Below, piece after piece: positions 34,510 through 44,672 of a DNA stretch of 64,000 nt (position 1 is its first letter; every line of letters begins with the position of its first letter). Made by a program: the position numbers and the translations under genes. The stretch spans positions 1,596-65,595 of the forward strand of contig DAOTKC010000005.1 of NCBI GenBank assembly GCA_035449045.1, given 5' to 3'. The stretch comes from Eubacteriales bacterium. GTDB lineage: Bacteria > Bacillota > Clostridia > Christensenellales > CAG-917. The notes beneath the pieces were generated by a model. That model made no database searches and had not been told where the DNA came from. It worked only from the letters and a program-made list of their open reading frames with translations.

Positions 34510-35724
34510 TTACTTTTTCTTAAGTTTTTTCAAGAAAGGCGGAATGGAAGCGTCCTCGTCGACGTCGATGCGCGAGGAAGAAACCACGCTCTTTTCGACG
34601 GGCGCGGGTGCTGCTGCCGAGGCTTGGTGGGGCTTGGGCTCGGCCTGTTGCTCTCTCGGCGGCATAGGCGGGTTTAAGAGGTCCTGCCCGTATAGTGAGG
34701 GCACCGATGAGGCATAGCGGGGATTTCGATTCAAAAGCAAAATGTCCTTGCTGACGAAGCCTGTCGCTATGACGGTAAGGCGGATTTCGTCGCGGACGCC
34801 CGGCTCGATGGCTAGGCCGAAAATAATATTGGCGTCCTCGTCGACGACGTCACGGATAAGGTTGCAGGCCTCGCCGATTTCGTCGATGGTGGTATCCTCG
34901 CCGCCCGTGAAGTTGAGAATAAGCGCCGTCGCGCCCTCGATTCTGGTTTCAAGAAGCGCGCTGGAAACGGCTTGGCTGGCGGCGTCGATATGCCGCCTTT
35001 CGCCCTTGCCGATGCCTATGCCCATGTGCGCGATGCCCTTGTTTTTAATGACGGTGCGGACGTCGGCAAAATCAAGGTTAATGAGGGCGGGCTTAACTAT
35101 AAGATCAGTTATGCCCTGAATGCCCTGCCTTAAGACGTCGTCGGCTATTTTAAACGCTTCCTTTATCGAAAGCTGCTTTTTTGCGCCGTCGCCGTATTGG
35201 TAGCGCGTCTGATGTTGCGTCAAAAGTTTTTGGTTGGGGATAACAAGCAGCGTATCGACGAATTTTCTAAGCTTTTCGATGCCCATATCGGCGTTGCTCT
35301 TTCGCTTCTTGCCCTCAAAGTCGAAGGGGCGCGTGACGACAGCGATAGTTAAAATATCCTTTTGCTTGGCGATTTGGGCGATGACGGGAGCCGCGCCCGT
35401 GCCGGTGCCGCCGCCCATGCCCGCGGCTATGAACAAAAGGTCAACGCCATCTAAGCACGCCGCTATTTCGGCTTCCGACTCAACCGCCGCCTTTTCGCCG
35501 ATTTCGGGGTCCGACCCCGCGCCCAATCCTTTGGTGAGTTGGCGTCCCAACTGAAGCCTTCGTTCGGCGCGCGAAGTAAACAGCGCCTGCTTGTCGGTGT
35601 TGGCTGCTATATAGTCACAGCTTGTTATACCGGCGTCAATCATATTATTGACGGCGTTATTGCCGCCGCCGCCCACGCCGATTACCAATATTCTTGCCGA
35701 GCAGGATTGCTCAGTGTCGTTCAT
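34510..35724 (-). CDS. ftsZ: Cell division protein FtsZ
   Basis: GVGGGGNNAV and AGMGGGTGTGAAP tubulin signatures, plus a C-terminal IPPFLKK peptide. I place the start at the ATG at 35724, preceded by GGAGG. The track start at 35742 is a GTG without an SD. Confidence 0.95.
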   Translation of the reverse strand: MNDTEQSCSARILVIGVGGGGNNAVNNMIDAGITSCDYIAANTDKQALFTSRAERRLQLGRQLTKGLGAGSDPEIGEKAAVESEAEIAACLDGVDLLFIAAGMGGGTGTGAAPVIAQIAKQKDILTIAVVTRPFDFEGKKRKSNADMGIEKLRKFVDTLLVIPNQKLLTQHQTRYQYGDGAKKQLSIKEAFKIADDVLRQGIQGITDLIVKPALINLDFADVRTVIKNKGIAHMGIGIGKGERRHIDAASQAVSSALLETRIEGATALILNFTGGEDTTIDEIGEACNLIRDVVDEDANIIFGLAIEPGVRDEIRLTVIATGFVSKDILLLNRNPRYASSVPSLYGQDLLNPPMPPREQQAEPKPHQASAAAPAPVEKSVVSSSRIDVDEDASIPPFLKKLKKK

Positions 35725-35849
35725 AAAACCTCCGAAAAGCACGCGCTTTCAATGTTTTTATATAGCTTCCGAATTTTGCGGCTTCTTATCTTGCGTATTG
35801 CCTAGTCAAAATTGCTTTTTGCTAAGAAAAGCAGACTAAAGCTTGTTTT

Positions 35850-37025
35850 TTAACTTCCGAACAGCAACCTTTTGAGCTTATCTTTAAAAAATTCGGCCTT
35901 GGGCTTGCTCTCGTCGAGATTTGACGCGACGTCGAGAAGGCTAATAAGCGAGGAGCGGCAGGGACGGTTGTAGCCGGGCGCCACCGGAGCCACGATTTCT
36001 ATGTTTTTTCCCGTCTTCTCGGCCAAAAATTCCTTGGCGCCGCGGATGTAGGAAACGCCCAAGCCCGTCAGATACAGAGGCACGTAGCTCGGGCACTTAA
36101 GCTCCGACTTGTCGATGGCGCGCTTCAAAAACTCCGCCATCTGCTCCAGCCGCGCTTTGACAATCTCGTTGGTTATGTCGGCGGCAACCTTGGTCTTATC
36201 GGCGGCCTCATACATCTCGCCGCTCGAGAACTGAAGGTTGAGATCAACCTTTTCCTTGATATCCTCCGCCGTCTTGAAGGGAATGCTCAAAACCTCGGCG
36301 ATATCGCCAGATATATGCGCGCCGCCCAGCGAAAACGAGGCTATGGAAGTGAGCCCGTCGCCCCGAGCCTGCGACACCGTCGTTGACATATAGCCTATGT
36401 CGGCGAGAAGCACATATTTATCGCGCTGGGCGGCCTCAAACAGACTCATCGTTTCCGCCCACGCCGTCGAAATGAAATCTATTTCCTTAATACCGAGTTT
36501 TTCGAGAAAATCCGAAAACAAATTGACGAATTTTCTTTCGGCGAGAACATAGGAAATTAAGCCCGTCAGCTTGTATGCCGTAAGGCCTACGGGCTCGATA
36601 ATCCGCTTGGTCTTGTCGTCGAGCGTGAAATACGCCGCAGACCAGCTGATGGCAATATACTCGGGGTCTTTTTTGAAGGTGTCGCCTTTTTTATAGAGCC
36701 GCTCCAGCTCCTCTTCCGACACCCTGAATGTCTTGCCGAAGTTTAAGCTGACGCTCTTGCATTGAACGGCCGAAAACTCGCCCGGCACGCCTATGTAGAG
36801 TTTTTTTACGCGCTTTCCCGTCTCCGATTTAATGCCGTCCAGCACCTTTTTCAAGGCGGCGAACAGGCTCTCCTCCGACAGCCATTCGCCCTGCTGATAG
36901 CCGTCGTATGCGGCTTCGGCGAGGGCGCGGATATTGAAGATATTCTTGGCGGTCTTCTTGCCCGCGAGCGCCATTAGTTTGCCCGAACCGATATCCAAGA
37001 CCGTCACATCATTTGAAAGCAGCAT
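35850..37025 (-). CDS. ftsA: Cell division protein FtsA
   Basis: 391 aa with an actin-like fold (VLDIGSGK, LADIGYMST) and a C-terminal amphipathic helix. It lies upstream of ftsZ. Confidence 0.85.
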   Translation of the reverse strand: MLLSNDVTVLDIGSGKLMALAGKKTAKNIFNIRALAEAAYDGYQQGEWLSEESLFAALKKVLDGIKSETGKRVKKLYIGVPGEFSAVQCKSVSLNFGKTFRVSEEELERLYKKGDTFKKDPEYIAISWSAAYFTLDDKTKRIIEPVGLTAYKLTGLISYVLAERKFVNLFSDFLEKLGIKEIDFISTAWAETMSLFEAAQRDKYVLLADIGYMSTTVSQARGDGLTSIASFSLGGAHISGDIAEVLSIPFKTAEDIKEKVDLNLQFSSGEMYEAADKTKVAADITNEIVKARLEQMAEFLKRAIDKSELKCPSYVPLYLTGLGVSYIRGAKEFLAEKTGKNIEIVAPVAPGYNRPCRSSLISLLDVASNLDESKPKAEFFKDKLKRLLFGS

Positions 37026-37235
37026 AATACCTCAAATCCGGCTTAGCCGGACTTATACATACATAGATAAATTTTAAACTAAGGATAGTGAAATGTCAAT
37101 AAAATGCGGATAAATCAAAAATTATCGAGGAAGTTTGCATATATTGAAACAACACAAAAGGAAGGCGAATTTAATAAGCATAAGCCTAATTTGGAAGTTA
37201 ATTTTTGGAGAAATATTGCTTAGAAGCTAAAAAAT

Positions 37236-38033
37236 TCAGTCGGCATACCAGACAAACTCAGAAAGTTCGGCGTCGTAGCGTATAAAACCGTGCGTAACGC
37301 GTCCGCGGACTTCGGCATCCTCCGAGCTTGAGGCCGATTGATACCACCCGTAAGCCGCGCTGATCCGCTCCGAAATTACGGTGAGTGCCGAGGCGCTAAT
37401 CTCAAAGGCCACTCCCGAACGGGTTGAAACGGTCAATTTTTCGGCATCGAGATTGATTTCGGAAACGAACGCAGAAAAGGCACCGCCGTAAATTTCCAGA
37501 TTCTCAAACGCCGCAACGATGTTTTGAAGAATAATTATCTCACTTCTTTGGGTGTCGATAAGATTAATTCCCGCCTTTAAGTTTTCGGAGCTTATTTCGA
37601 CGTTTGTTTTGGTTATCGGGCCGTCCTCGGTCTCACTTTGGGCGAGTGCCGAAGACTCCAGCACTTCTACAACGCAAAACTCGCGGTCGACCAAGGCGAA
37701 AGTGTCCGTCCCCACCGCTTTGAATGCGAGGACAGGATGCCGCACCGCTACGTGAATGATTATTTTGTTGGGGAAAACGCGCTCGATATTGATGACCTTG
37801 ACCGAGGGCAGCTTGGACTGAATCCGCGATACCACAAGATGTTCGCTTATCGTAAAGATGTTGTTGGCGGGCTTGATGGCGGCCGCTTCGAGAATTTCAT
37901 CCTCCGAAATATGCCCGCCTTCGCCCGCAAATTTAACCTCGACAGAACTCACGGTAAAGACCGTGAAATTCAAAATTACCACGACCACCGTCACCGCGAG
38001 AAATATTAAGAGTGTTATAAGCCTTTTGTTCAT
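37236..38033 (-). CDS. ftsQ: Cell division protein FtsQ/DivIB (POTRA)
   Basis: I place the start at the ATG at 38033 (MNKRLITLLIFLAV, a single TM helix), followed by a POTRA-like VSSVEVKFAGEG.HISEDEIL segment. The track start lies further upstream in AT-rich spacer. Confidence 0.75.
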   Translation of the reverse strand: MNKRLITLLIFLAVTVVVVILNFTVFTVSSVEVKFAGEGGHISEDEILEAAAIKPANNIFTISEHLVVSRIQSKLPSVKVINIERVFPNKIIIHVAVRHPVLAFKAVGTDTFALVDREFCVVEVLESSALAQSETEDGPITKTNVEISSENLKAGINLIDTQRSEIIILQNIVAAFENLEIYGGAFSAFVSEINLDAEKLTVSTRSGVAFEISASALTVISERISAAYGWYQSASSSEDAEVRGRVTHGFIRYDAELSEFVWYAD

Positions 38034-38192
38034 AGATTTATCGGTTCTGTTAAATAACCCGAATTTATTTATAAAAATTAACTGACAAATTAATTTTTCT
38101 TGGCAACGTTTTTCGGAGCGTTTTTGCCTTTGCTTTCCCAAAGTAAGCCAGGGCTTTCGTATTTATCGAATTATCTCAAATATCCTCATTCG

Positions 38193-39443
38193 CTACAACG
38201 TTATTCGCTTTATATCCGCGCCCAAGGACGCCAAAACCGCTTCTAGCTTTTCATAACCGCGGTCGATGTGGTGCGGCTCCAAGACGGTCGTCACGCCTTC
38301 GGCGGCAAGGCCAGCAAGCACCAGTCCCGCGCCGCCGCGAAGGTCGTTGGCCGTCACCTCCGCCCCTTTTAGCCGTCCGCCCGTCACCGTCGCCGTCACG
38401 CCGTCAACAATTATCGCGGCGTCCATCTTCCTTAGTTCGGCGGCATGCGCGAAGCGGTTCTCAAAGATGTTTTCGCGGATTACGCCGACGCCGTTCGACA
38501 CCGCCATAAGCGTCATAAACTGCGGCTGCAGGTCGGTGGGAAAACCGGGATAAGGCTCGGTTTCGACAAAACTTATGCATTTCCCGCGACCGCGCGAATA
38601 CACGGTTATATTATCACAGTCGACGCGGTATCCGCAAGCGCTTTTAGGGAGTTTGGTCAAAAGCGAGCAAAGATGCGAAGGTTCGACATTTTCAAGCGTT
38701 ATTTCGCCGCCTGCGACACAAACGGCGATAATAAGCGTGCCTGCAGTTATTCTGTCGGGAATGGGCGTGTGTGCCGCGCCGTGAAGCCCGTCCACGCCCT
38801 GAATTTTTATTACCGCCGTGCCCGCGCCCGACACTTTGCCGCCCATAGCGTTGATGAAGTCCTGAAGGTCGGTTATTTCGGGCTCGCGCGCGGCGTTTCT
38901 GATTGTCGTCACACCCTCGGCGAGCGCGCCGGCAAGGATAAGGTTTTCGGTAGCGCCGACGCTGGGTATCTTTAAACAAATATCGGCGCCTTTAATAACG
39001 TCAGTCGAGCAGATTATTTCGTCACCGCGCTCCTCGATGCCTATATTCATTCGCCGAAAACCGTCGATGTGAAGGTTAATTGGGCGCTTGCCTATCTCGC
39101 AACCGCCCGGGTAAGCGACGCGCGCGTGTTTTTCCCTCGCCAAAATCGCGCCCAATAGGAAAATGGACGACCGCATCTCCCGCGCCAAACAGCCGGGGAT
39201 TTCGGCGCCTTCAAGCCGTCCGTATGTAGTAATAGAGCCGCCCTCCTTGACGACGGACACGCCGAGCAGTTTTAAAATGTTCTGCATCATCTCGACGTCG
39301 GCTATTTGGGGGCAGTCTTTGATTGTTGTTGCTTCGTCGGTCAGTATCGAGGCCGCAAGCAGCGGCAGAACGGCATTTTTGGCGCCTTTTATCCTCGTGC
39401 TGCCGGCAAGCTTTTTTCCGCCTCTGATTTCGAGTTTGTCCAT
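38193..39443 (-). CDS. murA: UDP-N-acetylglucosamine 1-carboxyvinyltransferase
   Basis: 416 aa. The MurA pattern includes GAKNAVLPLLAA and the active-site YPGGCEIGKRPINLH. Confidence 0.93.
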   Translation of the reverse strand: MDKLEIRGGKKLAGSTRIKGAKNAVLPLLAASILTDEATTIKDCPQIADVEMMQNILKLLGVSVVKEGGSITTYGRLEGAEIPGCLAREMRSSIFLLGAILAREKHARVAYPGGCEIGKRPINLHIDGFRRMNIGIEERGDEIICSTDVIKGADICLKIPSVGATENLILAGALAEGVTTIRNAAREPEITDLQDFINAMGGKVSGAGTAVIKIQGVDGLHGAAHTPIPDRITAGTLIIAVCVAGGEITLENVEPSHLCSLLTKLPKSACGYRVDCDNITVYSRGRGKCISFVETEPYPGFPTDLQPQFMTLMAVSNGVGVIRENIFENRFAHAAELRKMDAAIIVDGVTATVTGGRLKGAEVTANDLRGGAGLVLAGLAAEGVTTVLEPHHIDRGYEKLEAVLASLGADIKRITL

Positions 39444-39489
39444 ACTACTCCTTTGGGCAAGTCCTATAGGTTTTTGGCAACACTACATA

Positions 39490-40599
39490 CTATGGCGGCG
39501 GCAGTTTTTGTGTATTTTGGGCGTTTCGCCTGACGTTCATGATGAGTCCGACAGCGCACATATAGGCAATCAGCGAGGTTCCGCCCGCGCTTATGAAAGG
39601 AAGCGGCAGTCCTGTGGGCGGAATAGCGCCCGAAACAACGGCGACGTTGGCGGCCGACTGAACGGCAAGCATGGCGGTGACGCCCGCAGCAAGATAGCAC
39701 TCAAACCTAGTGCTTGCCCTCGCCGCCGTCCTGATGCCGTGGACAATCAGCGCAACGAAGAGGCCGAGAAGGATAAGACAGCCGACAAAGCCCGTTTCTT
39801 CGGCGATGATGGATAGAATAAAATCCGACTCGGCAAAGGGCAAAAACAGATATTTTTGCCGCGAGTTCCCTATTCCCAACCCGAAAAAACCGCCCGACGC
39901 CAGCGCGTAGAAGGACTGAATCAATTGATACCCCTCCGCCTTAGGCGCCGACCACGGGTCGACGAAGGCGAGAATCCTCCTTATCCGATAAGGCTCGGCC
40001 AAGATTAAAGCGGGCACGCCCGCTATAACGGGCAGCACATAGATTGCGGCGTGTTTTCCCTTGATGCCGCCGATAAACAGCATTATTGCTGTGACGGCGG
40101 CGACGCAGATGGTAATCGACATATTGGGCTCCAGCATGAGAAGCACGCACATTACGCCGCCCGCGCCGACGACGGGCAGAGTGTGGACGAACTTTTTCAG
40201 CCCGTATTCGCTCATATACTCCGCTATAAAGATAACCAACCCAAACTTGGCGAGCTCGGAGGGTTGCACCGTAGTGAAGCCCAAATTGAGCCACCTTGTC
40301 GCGCCGTAGCTCTCCACGCCGAGCCCGGGAATAAACACCGCGGCAAGAAGCGCAACGCTTAAAGCTAAAAAAAGCCACCAAAGATTTTTGATTTTATCTA
40401 TCGGGCAGAAAGAGACCAGCACCATGAGCGGAAGCCCCAGCGCCATAGCGACGGCTTGTTTCTTAACATAAAAAAAGGCGTCGGCATGCTCGAGCGACGC
40501 CGAGTAGGAGCTTGCCGAATGGATAAAGACCAGCCCGACGGCGGCGAGCGCCGCAGTCAAAAAGAGTGCGGTAAAGTCGAAATTTTTCCTAATCGGCAT
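39490..40599 (-). CDS. ftsW: SEDS-family peptidoglycan polymerase FtsW/SpoVE
   Basis: About 10 TM helices with the C-terminal GLPLPFISAGGTSL motif. I place the start at the ATG at 40599, 1 nt after the murD stop. Its position after murD corresponds to spoVE in Bacillus. Confidence 0.88.
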   Translation of the reverse strand: MPIRKNFDFTALFLTAALAAVGLVFIHSASSYSASLEHADAFFYVKKQAVAMALGLPLMVLVSFCPIDKIKNLWWLFLALSVALLAAVFIPGLGVESYGATRWLNLGFTTVQPSELAKFGLVIFIAEYMSEYGLKKFVHTLPVVGAGGVMCVLLMLEPNMSITICVAAVTAIMLFIGGIKGKHAAIYVLPVIAGVPALILAEPYRIRRILAFVDPWSAPKAEGYQLIQSFYALASGGFFGLGIGNSRQKYLFLPFAESDFILSIIAEETGFVGCLILLGLFVALIVHGIRTAARASTRFECYLAAGVTAMLAVQSAANVAVVSGAIPPTGLPLPFISAGGTSLIAYMCAVGLIMNVRRNAQNTQKLPPP

Positions 40600-40600
40600 T

Positions 40601-41935
40601 TTATCCACCGAAAACGCCGGAAAAACCATCCAATGCGGCAACAAGCGCATTGAAGTCGCGGCCGCGCTCCTCGTAACTTGTATATCGGTCAAAGCTTGCC
40701 GAAGCCGGTGAAAAGAGAATGTTTAAAATGTCCGCACGCGCCGCGCACTCTACGCATTCTTGGAGCGTAGCGCGGTAGGATATGTTTTTAAAACCCACCG
40801 AAAGCGCCGCCTCGAGAATTTCGGGGGCGTTGCCGCCCGTCACTAAAACTTCGCAAACATTTTGGGGCAACGACATAAATAGCTCTCTGAAATCCTCGCC
40901 CTTGTCGGAGCCGCCGAGAATGAGCGCCGTTCTTTCCGCCATCGCCTTTGCCGCCGCCAGCGTAGCCGCAATATTGGTGCCCTTGCTGTCGTTATATACT
41001 GCCCTGCCGCCAAGCCTTCCTATGTATTCGACGCGGAAATGCGGCGGCTCGAAAGATTCCAGCGCCTTGGCAATGGCGTAGGGCTGAACGCCCAAAAGCG
41101 AACAGACCGCCGTCGACGCAAGCGAGTTTTCGACGTTGTGTGTCAAGCTGCTGAAGAGTTCCGAAGTGTGGATAATGTGGCTTCCGCGCCAATATATTGA
41201 GCCGTCTTCTATGTAGGCATCGCCGGCGTTGCTTTTTGAAAAATAGATTTTTTCGGCGGCAATCTCGGCCGTTCTTTTGACTATCTCCTCATCATCGCCG
41301 TTCAGAACGGCAAAGTCGGCCTTGGATTGATATTCGAAAATCCTGAGCTTGGCGGCGGCATAGTCGTCTAAATTAAAATACCGGTCAAAGTGGTCGGGCG
41401 CGAGATTGAGCAAAACGGCTATATCGGGCGAAAAATATTTGATGTTTTCCAACTGAAAGGAGCTGGCCTCGAGCACCACGGTATCGGCCGCCGACAGCAT
41501 TGCCGCTATTTCGCAAAAAGGCGTGCCGATATTGCCTGCGGCATAGGAGTTTATGCCCGCCTCCCTTAAAATGTGGTCGATGAGCATGGTGACGGTCGTC
41601 TTGCCGTTGGTGCCCGTCACCGCTACTATCGCCGCCTGGCAATAGCCGTAGCCGAGTTCGATTTCGGAGAGAACCTGCGTGCCGTTGAGCCGCGCCTCTA
41701 AAAGTGCGGGCGTCACCGAAGGCACGCCCGGCGAAAGTATGACGGCGTCGAAGCCGATAAAGTTTGCGGTGTTTATGGGAACGGAAAAAGCGAGGCTTTC
41801 CGCCGCCTCGGCGAGCGCGGCGGTGTCGTCATCGTAAAGATAGACGGATGCGCCCAACCGATTAAGTAGTTCGGCGGCGGCGTAACCGCTCTTGCCCATG
41901 CCGTATACCAAAATATTTTTGCTTCTATATTTCAT
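40601..41935 (-). CDS. murD: UDP-N-acetylmuramoylalanine--D-glutamate ligase
   Basis: 444 aa with the VYGMGKSG and GTNGKTT motifs. dcw synteny. Confidence 0.92.
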   Translation of the reverse strand: MKYRSKNILVYGMGKSGYAAAELLNRLGASVYLYDDDTAALAEAAESLAFSVPINTANFIGFDAVILSPGVPSVTPALLEARLNGTQVLSEIELGYGYCQAAIVAVTGTNGKTTVTMLIDHILREAGINSYAAGNIGTPFCEIAAMLSAADTVVLEASSFQLENIKYFSPDIAVLLNLAPDHFDRYFNLDDYAAAKLRIFEYQSKADFAVLNGDDEEIVKRTAEIAAEKIYFSKSNAGDAYIEDGSIYWRGSHIIHTSELFSSLTHNVENSLASTAVCSLLGVQPYAIAKALESFEPPHFRVEYIGRLGGRAVYNDSKGTNIAATLAAAKAMAERTALILGGSDKGEDFRELFMSLPQNVCEVLVTGGNAPEILEAALSVGFKNISYRATLQECVECAARADILNILFSPASASFDRYTSYEERGRDFNALVAALDGFSGVFGG

Positions 41936-42945
41936 TTGACACCTGCCGCAATAAGCGTCAAGACGCCCGCAATTATGCTGATAACGACGTAAACCGCGGT
42001 GATTTTAGATTCGTGCCAGCCTTTTTTTTCGAGATGGTGATGAAAGGGAGCCATCAAAAAAATCCGCTTCTTCGTCAGCTTATAGTAGGCTACTTGCAGT
42101 ATTACTGATATGCAAGATACTATGGGCATTATGCAAGCCAAAAGAATTAGGAGCGGCTCGCGCGAAAAAACTGCGGCCGACGCCATCGCCCCGCCCAAGG
42201 CAAGCGCGCCGGTGTCGCCCATGATTATTTTGGCGGGATAAGTGTTTAAGCACAAAAAGCCCAAAACCGCACCGCCGAAGGACAAACAGTAAACGGCGAG
42301 CGCGGCAAGCCCTTGTGCGCGCTCGAGTTCCCCCGACGCTTCCGCCGATTGCTGCAGACTTAAAATAACGGCAGCAAAGACAGCAAAGAATACAAAGCTC
42401 GTCCAGCCGGCCAGCCCGTCCAGCCCGTCGGTTAAATTGACGGCGTTAGTCAAGGCGACGTAGACAAACATAGTGAAAGGGATAATGCCATAGCTTAAAT
42501 TGAGATAAATGCCGCTGAAAGGAAGGTGGATGCTTGTGCCCACCGACGGGTTTAAGAGGGTGAACGCCGCCGCTATCGCCGAGATGCCGAGCTGCGCGGT
42601 GATCTTTTGATAGGGTTTAAGCCCCTCGTTCTGCTTGAAATGCACCTTGATAAAATCGTCCAAAAATCCCACTACGCCGTAAGCGAGCGCTATTCCCACG
42701 GCGACGACCGCCGGCCGTTGCATGCCGAAAATCAGCGTCGACGCCGAGGCCGCCAAAATGAAAATCCAGCCGCCCATCGTAGGCGTCCCGCTCTTGCCGG
42801 CGTGTTGCTCGACGTAGTGAAGCACCGTCTGGCGCGCCTTGAGCTTTTTTGCCGCCGCCAAAACGAGGGGCGCCAACGCCAGCGCGAGGGCGAAGGCAAC
42901 CAGCCCCGAAATAAGCGCGCGAAGAGTGTCACTCACGCTTGCCAC
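41932..42945 (-). CDS. mraY: Phospho-N-acetylmuramoyl-pentapeptide transferase
   Basis: 337 aa, polytopic, with the NLTDGLDGLA and GDTGALALGG motifs. GTG start. Confidence 0.93.
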   Translation of the reverse strand: MASVSDTLRALISGLVAFALALALAPLVLAAAKKLKARQTVLHYVEQHAGKSGTPTMGGWIFILAASASTLIFGMQRPAVVAVGIALAYGVVGFLDDFIKVHFKQNEGLKPYQKITAQLGISAIAAAFTLLNPSVGTSIHLPFSGIYLNLSYGIIPFTMFVYVALTNAVNLTDGLDGLAGWTSFVFFAVFAAVILSLQQSAEASGELERAQGLAALAVYCLSFGGAVLGFLCLNTYPAKIIMGDTGALALGGAMASAAVFSREPLLILLACIMPIVSCISVILQVAYYKLTKKRIFLMAPFHHHLEKKGWHESKITAVYVVISIIAGVLTLIAAGVK

Positions 42946-44371
42946 CCCGCCGATATACGACGTCGTAGTCGGAATAACGGCGCTTTTCGCCCGCTATCTC
43001 GATATATTTTTCGGCGCCCTTGCCCGCCACCACCACGGTGTCGCCCTCCATCATCTCCTGCATGGCGTAGGCTATTGCGTCGGCGCGGTTTACTATCATT
43101 TTATACCTTGAAAAGCCGTTGATGCCCTGCTCGATATCCTTCATTATCTGCATAGGCTCTTCAAAGCGCGGGTTGTCGCTTGTGATTACAATATAATCGG
43201 AATATTCGGCGGCTATTTTCCCCATCAGCGGCCGCTTGAACTTATCGCGGTTGCCGCCGCAGCCGAAGACGGTAATCAACTGACCTTTCGTTATAATCCT
43301 CGCCGAGTTGAGAAGATTTTTAAGCCCGTCGGGCGTGTGGGCGTAATCGATTATTACCATTCCTTTGGGACTCTTTATTATGTTGAACCTGCCCTCCACC
43401 TCCTTTATTCGCTTGACCGCCCTCAAAATGGTGTCGGCGCCCACCGAAAGAAGGCGCGCCGCCGTAATCGCCGACATAAGGTTGTAGACGTTGAAATAGC
43501 CGTAGAGCGGCGAGGATATGTCGAGTATTTCGTCAAAAATGTTGAGAATGAAAGATACGCCGTCCATATTGGGCCGAACGTCAATCGCGAACACGTCTGA
43601 AGGCGTCTCCAATCCGTAGGACACTATGGGAATTTTGGCGGCGGCAATCAGCTTTCTGCCCCATTCGTCGTCCATGTTGACTACGCCCATATTGACGTTT
43701 TCGGGAGTAAAATAAGAAAGCTTTGTTTCGGCGTAATCCTCGAAAGTCTGAAAAAAGTCGAGATGGTCCTGTGTAAGGTTGGTGAAAATCGCGATGTCGC
43801 AGGTGAGGCCGTAAAGCTTTTTTAAATATATGGCGTGCGCCGAAACCTCCGACACCACGACCTCGGCGCCTCGGTCGACCATGCTTCTTAACAGCTCGTT
43901 GAATTTATAAGGGTCGGGCGTAGTCAGAAGCGCCTCCTCGCGTTCACCCATAAAGCTGTGTCCCAGCGTGCCGATTATGCCCGTCCTTATTCCCGAGAAA
44001 GAAAGAATGGCTTCGAGAATATGCGCCGTGCTGGTCTTGCCGTTGGTGCCGACGACCGACACCAGCTTGAGCGATTTGGCGGGATTGTGGAAATAATTTT
44101 GCGACATTAAACTGTAGGCAATTCTTGTATCCTTGACAATAACGACGCCGCAGCCGCAATTTATCGGTTTTTCGGCTATTATGACTGCGGCTCCCGCCTT
44201 TAAGGCATCGGCGGCGTAGTCGTGCCCGTCGCAGGTGGCGCCCGAAAGGCAAATAAATGCATCGCCCTCCGCCACAAGTCGCGAGTCTATCTTAATATCG
44301 GCTATATCTTTAGTGAGGTCGGCGCTACTACTTAAGATGTCGACGCCCTCCAACAAGTTTTTCAGTTTCAT
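42929..44371 (-). CDS. murE: UDP-N-acetylmuramoyl-L-alanyl-D-glutamate--2,6-diaminopimelate ligase
   Basis: GTNGKTST P-loop and the DNPR motif (SDNPRFE), which is associated with meso-DAP specificity. I place the start at the ATG at 44371, preceded by AAGGAGG 6 nt upstream. Confidence 0.9.
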   Translation of the reverse strand: MKLKNLLEGVDILSSSADLTKDIADIKIDSRLVAEGDAFICLSGATCDGHDYAADALKAGAAVIIAEKPINCGCGVVIVKDTRIAYSLMSQNYFHNPAKSLKLVSVVGTNGKTSTAHILEAILSFSGIRTGIIGTLGHSFMGEREEALLTTPDPYKFNELLRSMVDRGAEVVVSEVSAHAIYLKKLYGLTCDIAIFTNLTQDHLDFFQTFEDYAETKLSYFTPENVNMGVVNMDDEWGRKLIAAAKIPIVSYGLETPSDVFAIDVRPNMDGVSFILNIFDEILDISSPLYGYFNVYNLMSAITAARLLSVGADTILRAVKRIKEVEGRFNIIKSPKGMVIIDYAHTPDGLKNLLNSARIITKGQLITVFGCGGNRDKFKRPLMGKIAAEYSDYIVITSDNPRFEEPMQIMKDIEQGINGFSRYKMIVNRADAIAYAMQEMMEGDTVVVAGKGAEKYIEIAGEKRRYSDYDVVYRRGGKRE

Positions 44372-44672
44372 TTGCTTCCTCCTTGTCAAAAATATTAATG
44401 CACACCGAGATTCTAGACCTATTGACGGGGCGCGTCAACGGCAAAGCGAAACTCGACAGATACCGACACAATCCGCACTCTTGCGGTTAAGTCACCTGTT
44501 TCTGATTTGTTTTTCTTGGGTAACTAAAAAGCTTTTTTCGAAGTATATTCTACTAAAAAAATTATGTTAATCACAAAACCTAAAGTTTAACAATCGAATT
44601 CTGCATATAAAGTTTCGATTGCGCATTTTTTGCTTGGTCTATCAATATAGCTCAGCTTTTCTCGGTATCGAA

